A DNA stretch of 37,296 bases from Gammaproteobacteria bacterium. Its GTDB lineage: Bacteria; Pseudomonadota; Gammaproteobacteria; SZUA-229. The DNA is taken from the NCBI GenBank assembly GCA_041572275.1, contig JBFFSQ010000003.1, positions 1 through 37,296 of the forward strand, given 5' to 3'. Below are positions 16,019 through 25,800 of this stretch, in pieces (position 1 is the stretch's first letter; every line of letters begins with the position of its first letter). The notes beneath the pieces were generated by a model, which made no database searches, was not told where the DNA came from, and was given only the letters and a program-made list of their open reading frames with translations. The translations under genes were made by a program, and so were the position numbers.

Positions 16019-16471
16019 TCAGGCGTCTCCCCGCATGGCATAGTCGAGTTTAATAATGGGGGCTGAGTTGTTGATTGGCCAGATTGGCTGGTTGAGCAAT
16101 AAGCCCAGGGTAACCATGATATGTATGCCCTCGATATCAGCATATTCCATCAGGTTTTTGCGCATTTCTTCAAATACATCACCATCGACTGGTAGCTTGC
16201 AGTCCAGTCTGTTCGGTAGGCGTGTTATTTCTCCCAGGATCAGCTGTCCTTCGGGTCCCCTGGAATAGCTGGGGATGTCGTCGACCTGATAAAAATTAAT
16301 GTAAATATCTGTGTCCTGATTGTCGAGAAAATTCTGTTTTCTCAGGGTGCCCTGGATAGTGAGGTTTTGACCTGTAGCATCGAGTGCTCGGTTAATCGCC
16401 TGTTCCAGGGAGTAGAGGTGGCTCCAGTTATTGATAGAGAACTGAATGAGGGTGGGATCGGCTGTTGGCAT
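16019..16471 (-). CDS. Hypothetical protein (about 150 aa)
   Basis: ORF sits 14 nt upstream of the HIT gene on the same strand. I prefer the ATG at 16471 (MPTADPT...), because a TATAAT-like hexamer at 16507-16512 sits almost on top of the TTG at 16498. No domain recognised. Confidence 0.5.
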   Translation of the reverse strand: MPTADPTLIQFSINNWSHLYSLEQAINRALDATGQNLTIQGTLRKQNFLDNQDTDIYINFYQVDDIPSYSRGPEGQLILGEITRLPNRLDCKLPVDGDVFEEMRKNLMEYADIEGIHIMVTLGLLLNQPIWPINNSAPIIKLDYAMRGDA

Positions 16472-16667
16472 GGGTAATCCACGGAATACTGTTCGCAAGT
16501 TGTCGTCATTATAACGAGTCAGTTCTCAAAGCGGGAGCCTGTCTGGCGGTTGTTAGAAACAGTAGTTCTGATGTGGGGATTTCCGACAAAGGGGGGAGAA
16601 AAGAGTGACTGGATCATTATAATAAATATGGTACTTCTGTTATCGGCCAGTTCCGGGGAGGTCCGTT

Positions 16668-16853
16668 ATGGTGTACCGGCACAGTAAACGGCATGCATTT
16701 AGAGGCCAGGAGCGTCGAACCGACATTGAACGCCGTGTCGTATCTGATCGACGCAACCTGTATCGGTTTGAGGCTTGGGGCTCAGAGCGCCGTGAAAGTC
16801 CACTGCGACGTCGTAAAGATGGTATCTGGATGACGACTCAGTTAGATAGTTAA
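16668..16853 (+). CDS. Small arginine-rich protein (61 aa) with repeated (D/E)RR motifs
   Basis: ATG preceded by GGGGAGG, 6 nt upstream. The sequence contains QERRTDIERR, SDRRNLYR and SERRESPLRRR. Confidence 0.5.
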   Translation: MVYRHSKRHAFRGQERRTDIERRVVSDRRNLYRFEAWGSERRESPLRRRKDGIWMTTQLDS

Positions 16854-16895
16854 CGCTTGATACCGTCGGCTATGAATGAAGTAGTGGTTGTGAGT

Positions 16896-17162
16896 TCAGC
16901 TGGCGGTTTTCTTCTGTTTATACATTTCAATGAAGTAACTGTATTTGCTCGGGTCGATCGGGTGCTTGACGTGAGGAGTCAGCGCGGCAATTTGCGCCTC
17001 ATTGACTGACCAGCAGTGGTATAGATTGTTCCAGAATGGGGCGTCAAAAATTTTCAGGATGTCTTCTACGGTGAGATCCTTGATGGTTTCCTCACCGATC
17101 AGGTTTGTGCCCTGGATCTCATACCAGTTCAGCTTCAGTGCTATATCCCCGGAATCCGGCAC
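16896..17162 (-). CDS. Hypothetical protein (88 aa)
   Basis: ATG-initiated ORF convergent with the 61-aa gene. No motif recognised. Confidence 0.4.
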   Translation of the reverse strand: MPDSGDIALKLNWYEIQGTNLIGEETIKDLTVEDILKIFDAPFWNNLYHCWSVNEAQIAALTPHVKHPIDPSKYSYFIEMYKQKKTAS

Positions 17163-17497
17163 AGTGTTTTCCTCGCGTTTAGAACGAATGTGGTCAGTAC
17201 TGAACCAACCTTGTCTCGGTTCAGGTTACTGGATAATTATGAGCATGAAATACTACGAAACTTGGTAAAATAGTTTGTTGATAATAATCAAAGACAGTGT
17301 GACTGCGTTTGCTAGTGTGTGAGGTGATCAGTGCTGAGATGGCTTTATTTGCCTCCTATTTGAAATAGATCAAAACCGCATTTTTGAATTGAAGACGGCA
17401 AGGAATCACATGCACGAACTTGGGGCGGTGGTGATCGCTTGTGGCTATGCATGGCTTGGTATAAGCTGGCCAGCCACTTTTTGACCAGGACAATTCG

Positions 17498-19072
17498 TTG
17501 TATAAATTAGCGGAACGACGACTGAAATTACTACTGGATTCAGGCCAGAAACGAATTCTGGAAGGCCGTCAGATTGGCCTGGAAAAAGAAAGCCTACGGG
17601 TGTCTCCAGATGGTGGTATTTCACAATTAGCTCATCCAGGTTCTCTGGGTTCGGCCCTGACTCATCCTTATATTACGACTGATTACTCCGAAGCCTTGAT
17701 GGAGTTTATTACGCCACCATTCGAACATACTGAAGATGCGCTGGCTTTTTTACGTGATACCCAGACTTTTGTTTATGGCGAGCTGGAGAATGAAATTCTC
17801 TGGGCCACCAGTATGCCTTGTGTGGTGGCCGGCGAAAGCAGTATTCCCCTGGCGCGATATGGCACGTCGAATGCCGGCACTATGAAAACGGTGTATCGCA
17901 GGGGGTTAGGACATCGTTATGGTCGGGTTATGCAGGTCATTGCTGGTGTGCATTTTAATTATTCCTTACCCGACAGTTTCTGGCGTCTGTATCAGGAAAT
18001 CGAAGAAGATACCCAGCCGCTGCAGGATTTTATTTCTGAGCAGTATTTTGCCCTGATCCGTAATTTACAGCGTTTTGGCTGGCTGGTGCCCTATCTGTTT
18101 GGGGCATCCCCCGCTGTGTGTAAGTCATTTCTCGGTGGTAAGCCGACCGATCTGCATGAATTTGATGCCAGTACCTATTACGAGCCCTATGCAACATCTC
18201 TACGTATGGGGGACATTGGTTATCAGAATAACAAGGAAAATGAAATTGGCATCAAGGCCTGCTATCGCAATGTTGATGCCTATATCCGTTCCCTGGAATA
18301 TGCCACTGAGACTCGTTATAAAGGCTATGAGAAAATTGGTGTCAAGGTGAATGGCCGCTACGAGCAGCTCAATGCCAACATCCTGCAGATCGAGAATGAA
18401 TATTACAGTACAGTCAGACCCAAACAGATACTACAGGGTAATGAAAAGCCGATGATGGCCCTCAAGCAACGAGGCGTGAAATATGTTGAGTTGCGTTCAT
18501 TGGATGTGAATGCTTTTGACCCGCTAGGTATCAACGAAGAACAAATTCGTTTTCTGGAAGCATTTCTGGTTTTTTGTCTGATTCAGGATAGTCAGCAGAT
18601 CTGTTTTAGTGAACGCGAGGAAATAGATAACAATGAACTGGTCGTGGCTCATCGGGGACGTGAACCTGGCTTGAAATTACAACGAGATGCCGTTAGTTGT
18701 GAGTTGAAAGAATGGGCGTTGGAAATCTGCGGCGCAATGGAGGGTATTTGCGAGCTACTGGACAAGCCCTATGCTACGCGTCCCTATGCCAATGCGTTGG
18801 CCAAACAGCTTGAAAAAGTTCAGGATCCAGAGTTGACTCCATCCGCGCTGATGCTGAACAGCATGCGAGAGAATGGAGAGGGTTTCTACCATTTCGCCCG
18901 TCGCATGTCGCAACAACATTACGATTTCTTCAAGAACGTTAAACTCGATGCTGAACGCAATGCTTTATTTAGGCAGGCGGCCCAGACCTCAATCGAAGCG
19001 CAGAGAGAACTTGAGGCGAACGATCAGGTATCGTTTGATGAATACCTGGCAGCTTATTTTGCACAAAAATAG
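17498..19072 (+). CDS. gshA: Glutamate-cysteine ligase (gammaproteobacterial type)
   Basis: 524 aa, colinear by eye with E. coli-type GshA (...GLEKESLRV..., YGRVMQVIAGVHFNYS, RSLDVNAFDP). TTG start as in the ORF track; as I recall, E. coli gshA also uses TTG. Confidence 0.9.
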   Translation: MYKLAERRLKLLLDSGQKRILEGRQIGLEKESLRVSPDGGISQLAHPGSLGSALTHPYITTDYSEALMEFITPPFEHTEDALAFLRDTQTFVYGELENEILWATSMPCVVAGESSIPLARYGTSNAGTMKTVYRRGLGHRYGRVMQVIAGVHFNYSLPDSFWRLYQEIEEDTQPLQDFISEQYFALIRNLQRFGWLVPYLFGASPAVCKSFLGGKPTDLHEFDASTYYEPYATSLRMGDIGYQNNKENEIGIKACYRNVDAYIRSLEYATETRYKGYEKIGVKVNGRYEQLNANILQIENEYYSTVRPKQILQGNEKPMMALKQRGVKYVELRSLDVNAFDPLGINEEQIRFLEAFLVFCLIQDSQQICFSEREEIDNNELVVAHRGREPGLKLQRDAVSCELKEWALEICGAMEGICELLDKPYATRPYANALAKQLEKVQDPELTPSALMLNSMRENGEGFYHFARRMSQQHYDFFKNVKLDAERNALFRQAAQTSIEAQRELEANDQVSFDEYLAAYFAQK

Positions 19073-19251
19073 CCTTGTGTAGGCATTAGGGCGGAGATAT
19101 CTATTTAGGTTTGTGTCTCAGCAAGGGTTATTACATGTCTGATGGGTACCAGAGTGGAATATCCTGAATTCTTGGTATAGATCAATTTAAATTATGGAGC
19201 AGAGGGCTAGAGTATTAACAGGTGCTAATAAACCCCCGGTAAGGAGAGATC

Positions 19252-19734
19252 ATGAAGAAAGAAGAGAAGCAGGCACTGGCTGAGCAGGCCTATGAAAAAG
19301 CAGTCAACTACGAGTTGGAATATGGTTGCTGTCCACAGTGCGTGCTGGCTACCGTCCAGGAAACCATTGGCATCATTGATGACCAGACCATAAAGGCCAG
19401 TCATGGTCTATCTGGTGGCGGCGGCTTATTGGGGCAGGGGGCCTGTGGGGCGCTAACGGGAGGCTTGATGGCGTTGAGTGCCAAGCGAGGCCGAGACAGG
19501 GATAAGCTGGATAAAGGTCGCTTCATTAATAATTTCAAGAAAGGCAAAGAACTGGTCGAGCGTTTTCGTGAGGAGTTTGGCGGTATTACCTGCGAAGAGC
19601 TACAAAAGCAATTTACCGGTCGGACTTATGATATGTGGGATGCAGAGCAATATCAGCAGTTTGATCAGGACCGGGGCAAACAGTGTGCAAACGCCACCGG
19701 TACTGTCACCAAGTGGTTAATTGAAATGCTTTAA
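19252..19734 (+). CDS. C_GCAxxG_C_C family protein (putative redox-active)
   Basis: 160 aa. Signature CCPQC...GACGALTGG...C...C. AAGGAG SD 7 nt upstream. Confidence 0.8.
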   Translation: MKKEEKQALAEQAYEKAVNYELEYGCCPQCVLATVQETIGIIDDQTIKASHGLSGGGGLLGQGACGALTGGLMALSAKRGRDRDKLDKGRFINNFKKGKELVERFREEFGGITCEELQKQFTGRTYDMWDAEQYQQFDQDRGKQCANATGTVTKWLIEML

Positions 19735-19887
19735 GTCCTGAATATAGGCGCTCATCGATACCCGTCGTTTTATCGCTCCACCTGAATGAGCCGCTCCTGT
19801 CGGGGCGGCATAAATCCCTAATTTACTCTCCCTCTTATCCCCGCTTGTGTTTAAATCTCCCTGTTTGTAAACAAGGTAGGTGAGTTT

Positions 19888-20748
19888 ATGCAAGACGAGG
19901 TGGCAGCACAGAAGCTAGAAGCTCATCTCACGATCGATACGGTGGCTACGAGTGTGGTTGACCGTTTGGCGGTTGAAACAGGCCTGTCGAGGCAGGCCAT
20001 CAAGCGTGCCATGCAGAAAGGCGCTGTCTGGTTCAGCCGCGGCAAAAAAACACAACGACTCAGGCGCTCAAAACGAGCATTACAGCCCGGTGATGAGGTG
20101 CATCTCTATTACGACACTCTTGTGCTGAACGAACAGCCGCCCAAGCCAGAACTGATTGCGGATGAAGGTCACTATAGTATCTGGTATAAGCCTTATGGTC
20201 TGCGCTCACAGGGATCGAAATGGGGTGATCATTGTACGATTAATCGGCAGGTAGAGCAGTTACTGCAACCGCAGCGGCCCGCATTTGTTGTCCATCGACT
20301 GGATCGGGCGGCGACTGGGCTGATTATCATTGCCCATAGTCGGAAAATGGCAGCGGCATTTTCCCGTATGTTTCGTGAGCGTCGTATCGTGAAACAATAC
20401 CGGGTGGTGGTTCATGGGCAGTTTCAGCAGAGTGAGACACCTCTGACAGTGACAGAGCCTCTGGATGGTAAATTGGCCCGTAGCCATTTTTCGTTGATCG
20501 ATTATGACCCTGGTTTACAGCGTTCGGTGCTGGATGTGAGTATTGAAACCGGACGTAAACACCAGATTCGGCGACATCTGGCTGCGTTGGGATATCCCGT
20601 GGTTGGAGATCGGTTATACGGTGAACCGGGAGATCATGAAAATCTGCAGCTGGTGGCATGCTTGCTGGCTTTTGAGTGCCCGCTGACGGGTGCAGCCAAA
20701 CAGTATCAACTGGAAATAAATAAAGACAGAGATATAACGGTGCATTGA
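19888..20748 (+). CDS. RluA-family RNA pseudouridine synthase
   Basis: 286 aa. S4-like N-terminus, catalytic HRLDRAATGLIIIAHS motif and a C-terminal GRKHQIRRHL motif. Confidence 0.85.
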   Translation: MQDEVAAQKLEAHLTIDTVATSVVDRLAVETGLSRQAIKRAMQKGAVWFSRGKKTQRLRRSKRALQPGDEVHLYYDTLVLNEQPPKPELIADEGHYSIWYKPYGLRSQGSKWGDHCTINRQVEQLLQPQRPAFVVHRLDRAATGLIIIAHSRKMAAAFSRMFRERRIVKQYRVVVHGQFQQSETPLTVTEPLDGKLARSHFSLIDYDPGLQRSVLDVSIETGRKHQIRRHLAALGYPVVGDRLYGEPGDHENLQLVACLLAFECPLTGAAKQYQLEINKDRDITVH

Positions 20749-20760
20749 TAGCATCTGATA

Positions 20761-20790
20761 GTCGCCATTGCCAGTATCGGTAATGGCGAC
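20761..20790. other. Hairpin between convergent genes (possible bidirectional terminator lacking U-tracts)
   Basis: 9-bp stem gtcgccatt (20761-20769) / aatggcgac (20782-20790) with a 12-nt loop, in the 64-nt gap between stops at 20748 and 20813. Confidence 0.4.
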
Positions 20791-20812
20791 CATCGTAAGC
20801 TGGATGTAGCGC

Positions 20813-22726
20813 CTAGACCAGGTCCAGGTGGAGTATGCCTTCCATTTTTTCAGCGGTTTCAGATTTGCCCGTGCGGCTATCGCCCACCAGGGCAATGGTG
20901 ATGCTGACTTCATCGGCGTGGCCGCCCAAACGCTGACGTTTTTCCAGAGCGCTGGTTTTAATCTCCTCGATGAGGTCTTCTGCCAGTCGCACCGGGCCTT
21001 CCTGTTCAACACATTCGCGTGAGGTATAACCGCAACGTTCGATATCCTCATCGCTATTGCCTTCATAGGCTCCCGCCATCAGCTGGCTGTAGGCGACACC
21101 GACTTTCAGTTCACCGCGATTAATGAGGATGTTCATGTCACCGACGAAGCCTTTTTCATTTTCGGAGAATTTGTCATACAGGTCCGGGTGCAGGATGGTG
21201 CCGTCATTGTCTTTCAGCAAAGGGAAGGGATTGGCCCAGTAGCTGCTTTCCTTGGCACCACGATGGGTCTGGGTAGAGCCTGCTGCTACACGTTCACCTA
21301 AACGGAAATGTTCCAGTGCTGTCTCGATGTGCATATCTGCATGTATGGTAGTGGTGCCCAGTTCAATAACGGTGAAGTTATTCATATACAGCAGCATATC
21401 CAAGGGATCATCGCGGAATAGCTCATCAACATCAGTGACCGGTACGATCTGGCGTGCGTTGGAGCCAGTATGTTTATTGTAGCCAACTTCGCGGCCGGCC
21501 ATTTGTAGCTTGGCCTGATCGCTGAAACCATCGAGACAGGCAAAGGCACCGGTTTCTGTGCCGGTAAATACGGGACGGGTCAGTTTGTCTTCTGCTTTGA
21601 TTAGGCTGATTTTACCCATATCATCGGCCTTGATCAGCATCTCGGCGATATAAGGCTCATCTTTAGTATTGAAACGGACAACATAGCGGGTACAGCCACA
21701 GTGTAATGGTAAGTCACCGTTGAGAATGGCCAAAACATTGTGCAGCGTCAGAATAGGTTTCTTGGCATAGCCGAAATATTTCAGTTCATCGATATTGGGT
21801 ACGACACCGATGAGCAGTTTATTGTTTTCGTCATAGTAGTAACCCAGGTCTGACTCCTCAGCATCGGGCATGCCAAAGAAGAAGATGCCATCAGCCTGAC
21901 GATTACTGGTGATATCCTCAATACGGGCGAATGGAAACAGGTTGAGAAGACCGGGTTCCATTTCAATGCAGCCACGAGACTTATGAATAAACGCAATAAT
22001 AAGTGATGTGCCGACCTGTAGAGGCACAGAGACCCAGTCCTCGACGTTGAAACCCCTGAGGCGAAGCGGGTTGTGATCGAGTTGATAAAAGGGTTTGGCA
22101 CGTTTGTTTGATGGCGTGGAATAATCGACACCGGTTTTCATGTCGGCTGCAATGGTCAGCGGTATATGGGCCAGCAGTGAATAGTCGGCTGGGTAATTGA
22201 AATAATGGCCCGAGATTTCACCCGCTGTGACATTGGGCGAGGGATCCATGCCCGGTGTCCGGCGCACTCCTTGATCAAGATTGACCTTGTTTAATAGTTC
22301 ACGACGAGTATCCAGGATCAGATCAGCCAGATCCTGAGCTTTATCGGTGACCATTTCTTTTACCGTGGCTGGAGTCTCCAGGCCTGTTGAGACCACGTCG
22401 TTCTGTAAACGAACCAGGCGGGAATAGGCTGAACCTCGATAATGATGGAAGGCACCGTCGATGAAGCGAATCAGATCGCGGGCATGTTCTTTGTCCATAT
22501 GGCTCGACAAATTCTCGGATTCTAAAATATTAATTAAATCTCGGGTCCGTACCTTTTTGATAAAGTCGACTTTCTGAGAGGCTTCATTTTGCTGTTTGTC
22601 GGGCCGATTTTGCAAATCAGCGATGAATGCTGCTTTGTAAATTTTCAGATAGCGGGCAAATGCGAGACTTCTGAGTAACTGGCCGGGCGTAGTACAGCCA
22701 TCGCGTATTTCGAGTATTTGTTCCAT
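20813..22726 (-). CDS. Large conserved-hypothetical protein (about 637 aa) ending in an HprK/P-like P-loop; possibly DUF4914-like
   Basis: Long clean ORF. GDSRTGKSET lies 16 residues before the stop and resembles the GDSGVGKSE loop of HPr kinase. The family assignment is from memory only. I prefer the ATG at 22726 to the TTG at 22795. Confidence 0.6.
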   Translation of the reverse strand: MEQILEIRDGCTTPGQLLRSLAFARYLKIYKAAFIADLQNRPDKQQNEASQKVDFIKKVRTRDLINILESENLSSHMDKEHARDLIRFIDGAFHHYRGSAYSRLVRLQNDVVSTGLETPATVKEMVTDKAQDLADLILDTRRELLNKVNLDQGVRRTPGMDPSPNVTAGEISGHYFNYPADYSLLAHIPLTIAADMKTGVDYSTPSNKRAKPFYQLDHNPLRLRGFNVEDWVSVPLQVGTSLIIAFIHKSRGCIEMEPGLLNLFPFARIEDITSNRQADGIFFFGMPDAEESDLGYYYDENNKLLIGVVPNIDELKYFGYAKKPILTLHNVLAILNGDLPLHCGCTRYVVRFNTKDEPYIAEMLIKADDMGKISLIKAEDKLTRPVFTGTETGAFACLDGFSDQAKLQMAGREVGYNKHTGSNARQIVPVTDVDELFRDDPLDMLLYMNNFTVIELGTTTIHADMHIETALEHFRLGERVAAGSTQTHRGAKESSYWANPFPLLKDNDGTILHPDLYDKFSENEKGFVGDMNILINRGELKVGVAYSQLMAGAYEGNSDEDIERCGYTSRECVEQEGPVRLAEDLIEEIKTSALEKRQRLGGHADEVSITIALVGDSRTGKSETAEKMEGILHLDLV

Positions 22727-22974
22727 AGCAACTTTATCAATGGTTAGGGCAATAATAAGCCTGACTGTGGCTGCGGGCCATTCAGTCAGGCGCAAGTATC
22801 AGTTGCCGAAAAGCATAATCAATAAATTGAATAATTGATTTGATTTGTCACAATTTGTCATTATTCATCAGGTCGTTGCAGGAATTTAAGCACGGTATTG
22901 CCATATTCGAAGCATAGATTATTCAACAGGACACCGAAAGCGGTGTTGTTGAATGAAACGATGAGGATATGACA

Positions 22975-23583
22975 ATGAATAAAACACGATTAAATATCGC
23001 GATGGCGATGATATTACCTGCGTGTGTCACTGTTGGCTGCGGTAGTAATGAAACCCGGACTGCGGTGGATGATGTGATTGTTCCAGAGCAACAACTGGTT
23101 CAGGAGCTTGAGCACAAGGAGAATACGGTGCCCGTTACTGAGTCAGTGGTATTGGCAGAGCAGATTGAAAATGAGTTTGAGGCGATTGTTGAGACTGAGC
23201 CGGTGGTTGATGAAGTGATGACATCGCAGCCAGAACAGCGTGTGTTTTATTTCGATAGTAACAGCAGCGACATTCGGCAGGATGATTTTGAGCGTCTGAT
23301 TGCCCATGCTGAATATCTGATTAAGCACCCACAAATCAAACTGAAAATCAGCGGCCACGCAGATATCAGTGGTGATTCGCTCTATAACCAGCAGCTGGCG
23401 CAGAAACGTGCGGAATCAACTGCGCGCATCTTAATGGATTATGGCGTGCTGGCGGCTCAGATTGATATGCAAAGCCTGGGCGAAGACAGTCCGGTAGCTG
23501 GTTTTGAGCATGCGATTGAGGATCGACGTGTTGAGCTTGAGTATGTCATTGATACTCAGCTGAGTGAGGTCAACAATTTCTAG
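22975..23583 (+). CDS. pdsO: OmpA-family lipoprotein, sortase-system-associated (PdsO-like)
   Basis: Lipobox VTVGC. C-terminal OmpA domain (FYFDSNSSDI...SGHADISGDSLYNQQLAQKRAES...RRVELEY). It is adjacent to pdsS. The second ATG (22975) has a GAGGA SD 7 nt upstream; the first ATG (22969) is too close to it. Confidence 0.75.
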   Translation: MNKTRLNIAMAMILPACVTVGCGSNETRTAVDDVIVPEQQLVQELEHKENTVPVTESVVLAEQIENEFEAIVETEPVVDEVMTSQPEQRVFYFDSNSSDIRQDDFERLIAHAEYLIKHPQIKLKISGHADISGDSLYNQQLAQKRAESTARILMDYGVLAAQIDMQSLGEDSPVAGFEHAIEDRRVELEYVIDTQLSEVNNF

Positions 23584-23688
23584 GCGATGTAGGGAGGTGG
23601 TCTGCCGTTCCGTGTCGCTGTTCCTTGCGGTGGCCGGACGGCTTTATGGGGTTTTGCCGAAAGATAGGCTGAGCTGTGTGAGCATAGA

Positions 23689-25791
23689 TCAGGCGAGTGG
23701 CAGGCGAATGATGAACTCAACACCACTGTCATCGTCACGGTTGTGGGCACTAATCTGACCTCCATGAGCCTGGGTAATGAGTTTGGCAATATATAAACCC
23801 AGTCCCAGATGACTTGAGTTTGTGGATTCTCTACGCAGGCTGACCATGGAATCGAATAACTGTGATTGCATGTCGGTGGGTAACAGTGGCCCTGAGTTGC
23901 TTAGCGATAAACATAAATCGCGTTGATCTTGATTGAGGTTTAGTTGAATGTCGCTGTCATTTGGGCTGAAGTCCACTGCATTTGAAATTAATTTGTCCAG
24001 CAGTTGCACCATGAGTTCAGGTGATCCATTTATTATTGTATCGGTCGTCTCGATATGGAGCTTGAAGTCATGTTCGGGGTAGATATCACGATAGGCTTCA
24101 ATGCTACTGCGGAGAACCTGGCCGAGGTCAAAATCTTCCAGTTCAGACGCCTGGATGCTCTGCTCGACTCGGGTTGCTTCGCTCATGGCGGTAATGATAT
24201 TGGCGAGACGATCACTGCCTTCTCGGGCTCGCTGGGCGTAAATTCTACTTTGTTCGGATAGATCTGCGTTGCTGAGATTGTCCAGTGATGATTGCACTAC
24301 CGCCAGTGGTGTACGCAATTCATGGGACAGTTTAGAGGCCAGGCTGCGCAGGTACAGTGTGTATTGTTGCAGGCGTTTGTGCATGGTAGACATGCTGCGG
24401 GATAAATCGCCGAGTTCATCACGGCTGTTTGATGTTCGGTAGTCACTGCTAAGTTGGCCATCGGCACTGATCATGTCTTCAGCGGCATTGCGTAACTTGC
24501 GAATACGGAATGACAACAGCGTGGCATAACCAAGTAATGCGAATGCGGCTATCAGGATGGCAATGGAGCTGAGTGTAATGAGTCGACTCAGCGCTCGATT
24601 AGTCAGGGAGAGGATGGCTTCACTGCTCTGATCAGCAACGACCACCGCTACTACTCTATTATCAATTATGACCGGAAAGCTGGCGGAAACGATGGCGCGG
24701 TTGGATGTTTCCGGTTTATACCATGAGGTCATTTCCTGTTTGTTTAAAGCTGCTTCGATTAACGGCCCCTGGATACGACCTTGTTGCAGGCTAACTGCCT
24801 GCGTTGTTGATTCAGCTACGTTCATGATGAAGTGATAAAGCTGGTTGAGAATGTCCAGCAGCGTTTCATTGAGGTCGAGACCCTGAGATGAATCCGCTGG
24901 CCGTTCAATACTGCCAATACTGCTGAGTAACCAGCCCTGGCTGTCGGCGACTCTGAGTCGGGCTCTATCCTGGTTGAAGCGTTGCAGCAGTGTTTCCAGT
25001 TTTGGTGAGGTTTGAATCAATAGGCCATTACTTTGTGAATCAGCTTTGTCCCAAGTGCCATACCAGCCATTGATGGTGTCTGATGACGGAGTGTCGATAT
25101 CAACAATGGCCATATTGATATTCGATGTGAGCAGTTTCAGTGGGATGCGCAGCTCGATGTTGTAGCCTGTGGCGGTATCTTGCCACTGACCGGAAATGCG
25201 ACGTTCGTATCGTAGTCGTGGATTAAGACTATCGCCATCAATAAGATATTGAGCTTCCAGTTTGCCCGGTGCACTGGTCTGAATGAAATAGCGCCGGGGC
25301 TGACCGTTTTTATTTCGCAGAAGTAGTTGCAGGCGATCACCATTAACCAGCTGTTGCGATGGCCGGTGGTAAATAACCTGGTCATCCTTAACACTAAAAA
25401 ACAGATACAGATAACTTTTGTAGGTGGCGGCAATAGCACTGACCGGTTGCTGGTTATTCGGGGCTGACGTCATTTGATTGCGGAATGACCTGAAATTTTC
25501 GTCGGATTGTCCCCAGTCATCGACATAGCCGTCAAGCTGGATTTGACTGTTTAGCCTGAAGGCATAGGTATTATCTGTGCTGTGATTAGTTTCGTCAGTT
25601 AATCGATCGAAATTGAACAGCTGTGGATTTTCATAGGTTAATAGATGAGCAATCGTTCGGGTGGTTGTGAGCAGGCTCTGTTCCTGGCCATCGCGTAAGG
25701 TGTTTTCCATTTCGCGGATATACTCACAACCGGCCCAGGGTAAGGCGAGAGTTAGTAGACTGAGAACGAAGAGTTGGTTACGTAATTTCAC
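23689..25791 (-). CDS. pdsS: Proteobacterial dedicated sortase system sensor histidine kinase
   Basis: 700 aa. Signal/TM helix, large periplasmic region, second TM helix, H-box SHELRTPLAVV and G-box GLGLYIAK. It lies 9 nt downstream of the response regulator gene and next to the sortase/target pair. Confidence 0.85.
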   Translation of the reverse strand: MKLRNQLFVLSLLTLALPWAGCEYIREMENTLRDGQEQSLLTTTRTIAHLLTYENPQLFNFDRLTDETNHSTDNTYAFRLNSQIQLDGYVDDWGQSDENFRSFRNQMTSAPNNQQPVSAIAATYKSYLYLFFSVKDDQVIYHRPSQQLVNGDRLQLLLRNKNGQPRRYFIQTSAPGKLEAQYLIDGDSLNPRLRYERRISGQWQDTATGYNIELRIPLKLLTSNINMAIVDIDTPSSDTINGWYGTWDKADSQSNGLLIQTSPKLETLLQRFNQDRARLRVADSQGWLLSSIGSIERPADSSQGLDLNETLLDILNQLYHFIMNVAESTTQAVSLQQGRIQGPLIEAALNKQEMTSWYKPETSNRAIVSASFPVIIDNRVVAVVVADQSSEAILSLTNRALSRLITLSSIAILIAAFALLGYATLLSFRIRKLRNAAEDMISADGQLSSDYRTSNSRDELGDLSRSMSTMHKRLQQYTLYLRSLASKLSHELRTPLAVVQSSLDNLSNADLSEQSRIYAQRAREGSDRLANIITAMSEATRVEQSIQASELEDFDLGQVLRSSIEAYRDIYPEHDFKLHIETTDTIINGSPELMVQLLDKLISNAVDFSPNDSDIQLNLNQDQRDLCLSLSNSGPLLPTDMQSQLFDSMVSLRRESTNSSHLGLGLYIAKLITQAHGGQISAHNRDDDSGVEFIIRLPLA

Positions 25792-25800
25792 GATGATTGG

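Noticed and set aside
20260-21066. Minus-strand ORFs 20260-20487, 20327-20659 and 20614-21066, considered as a possible frameshifted continuation of the 20813-22726 protein
   Set aside because: They are antisense to the well-supported pseudouridine synthase gene or overlap the 3' end of the large ORF out of frame. Their translations look like noise (Pro/Arg/Trp-rich) with no motif.
22921-22955. Bulged hairpin (ttcaacaggacaccg / cggtgttgttgaa) just upstream of pdsO
   Set aside because: There is no U-tract and no upstream same-strand gene. It may be a 5'-UTR structure, but I cannot support a function from the sequence alone.
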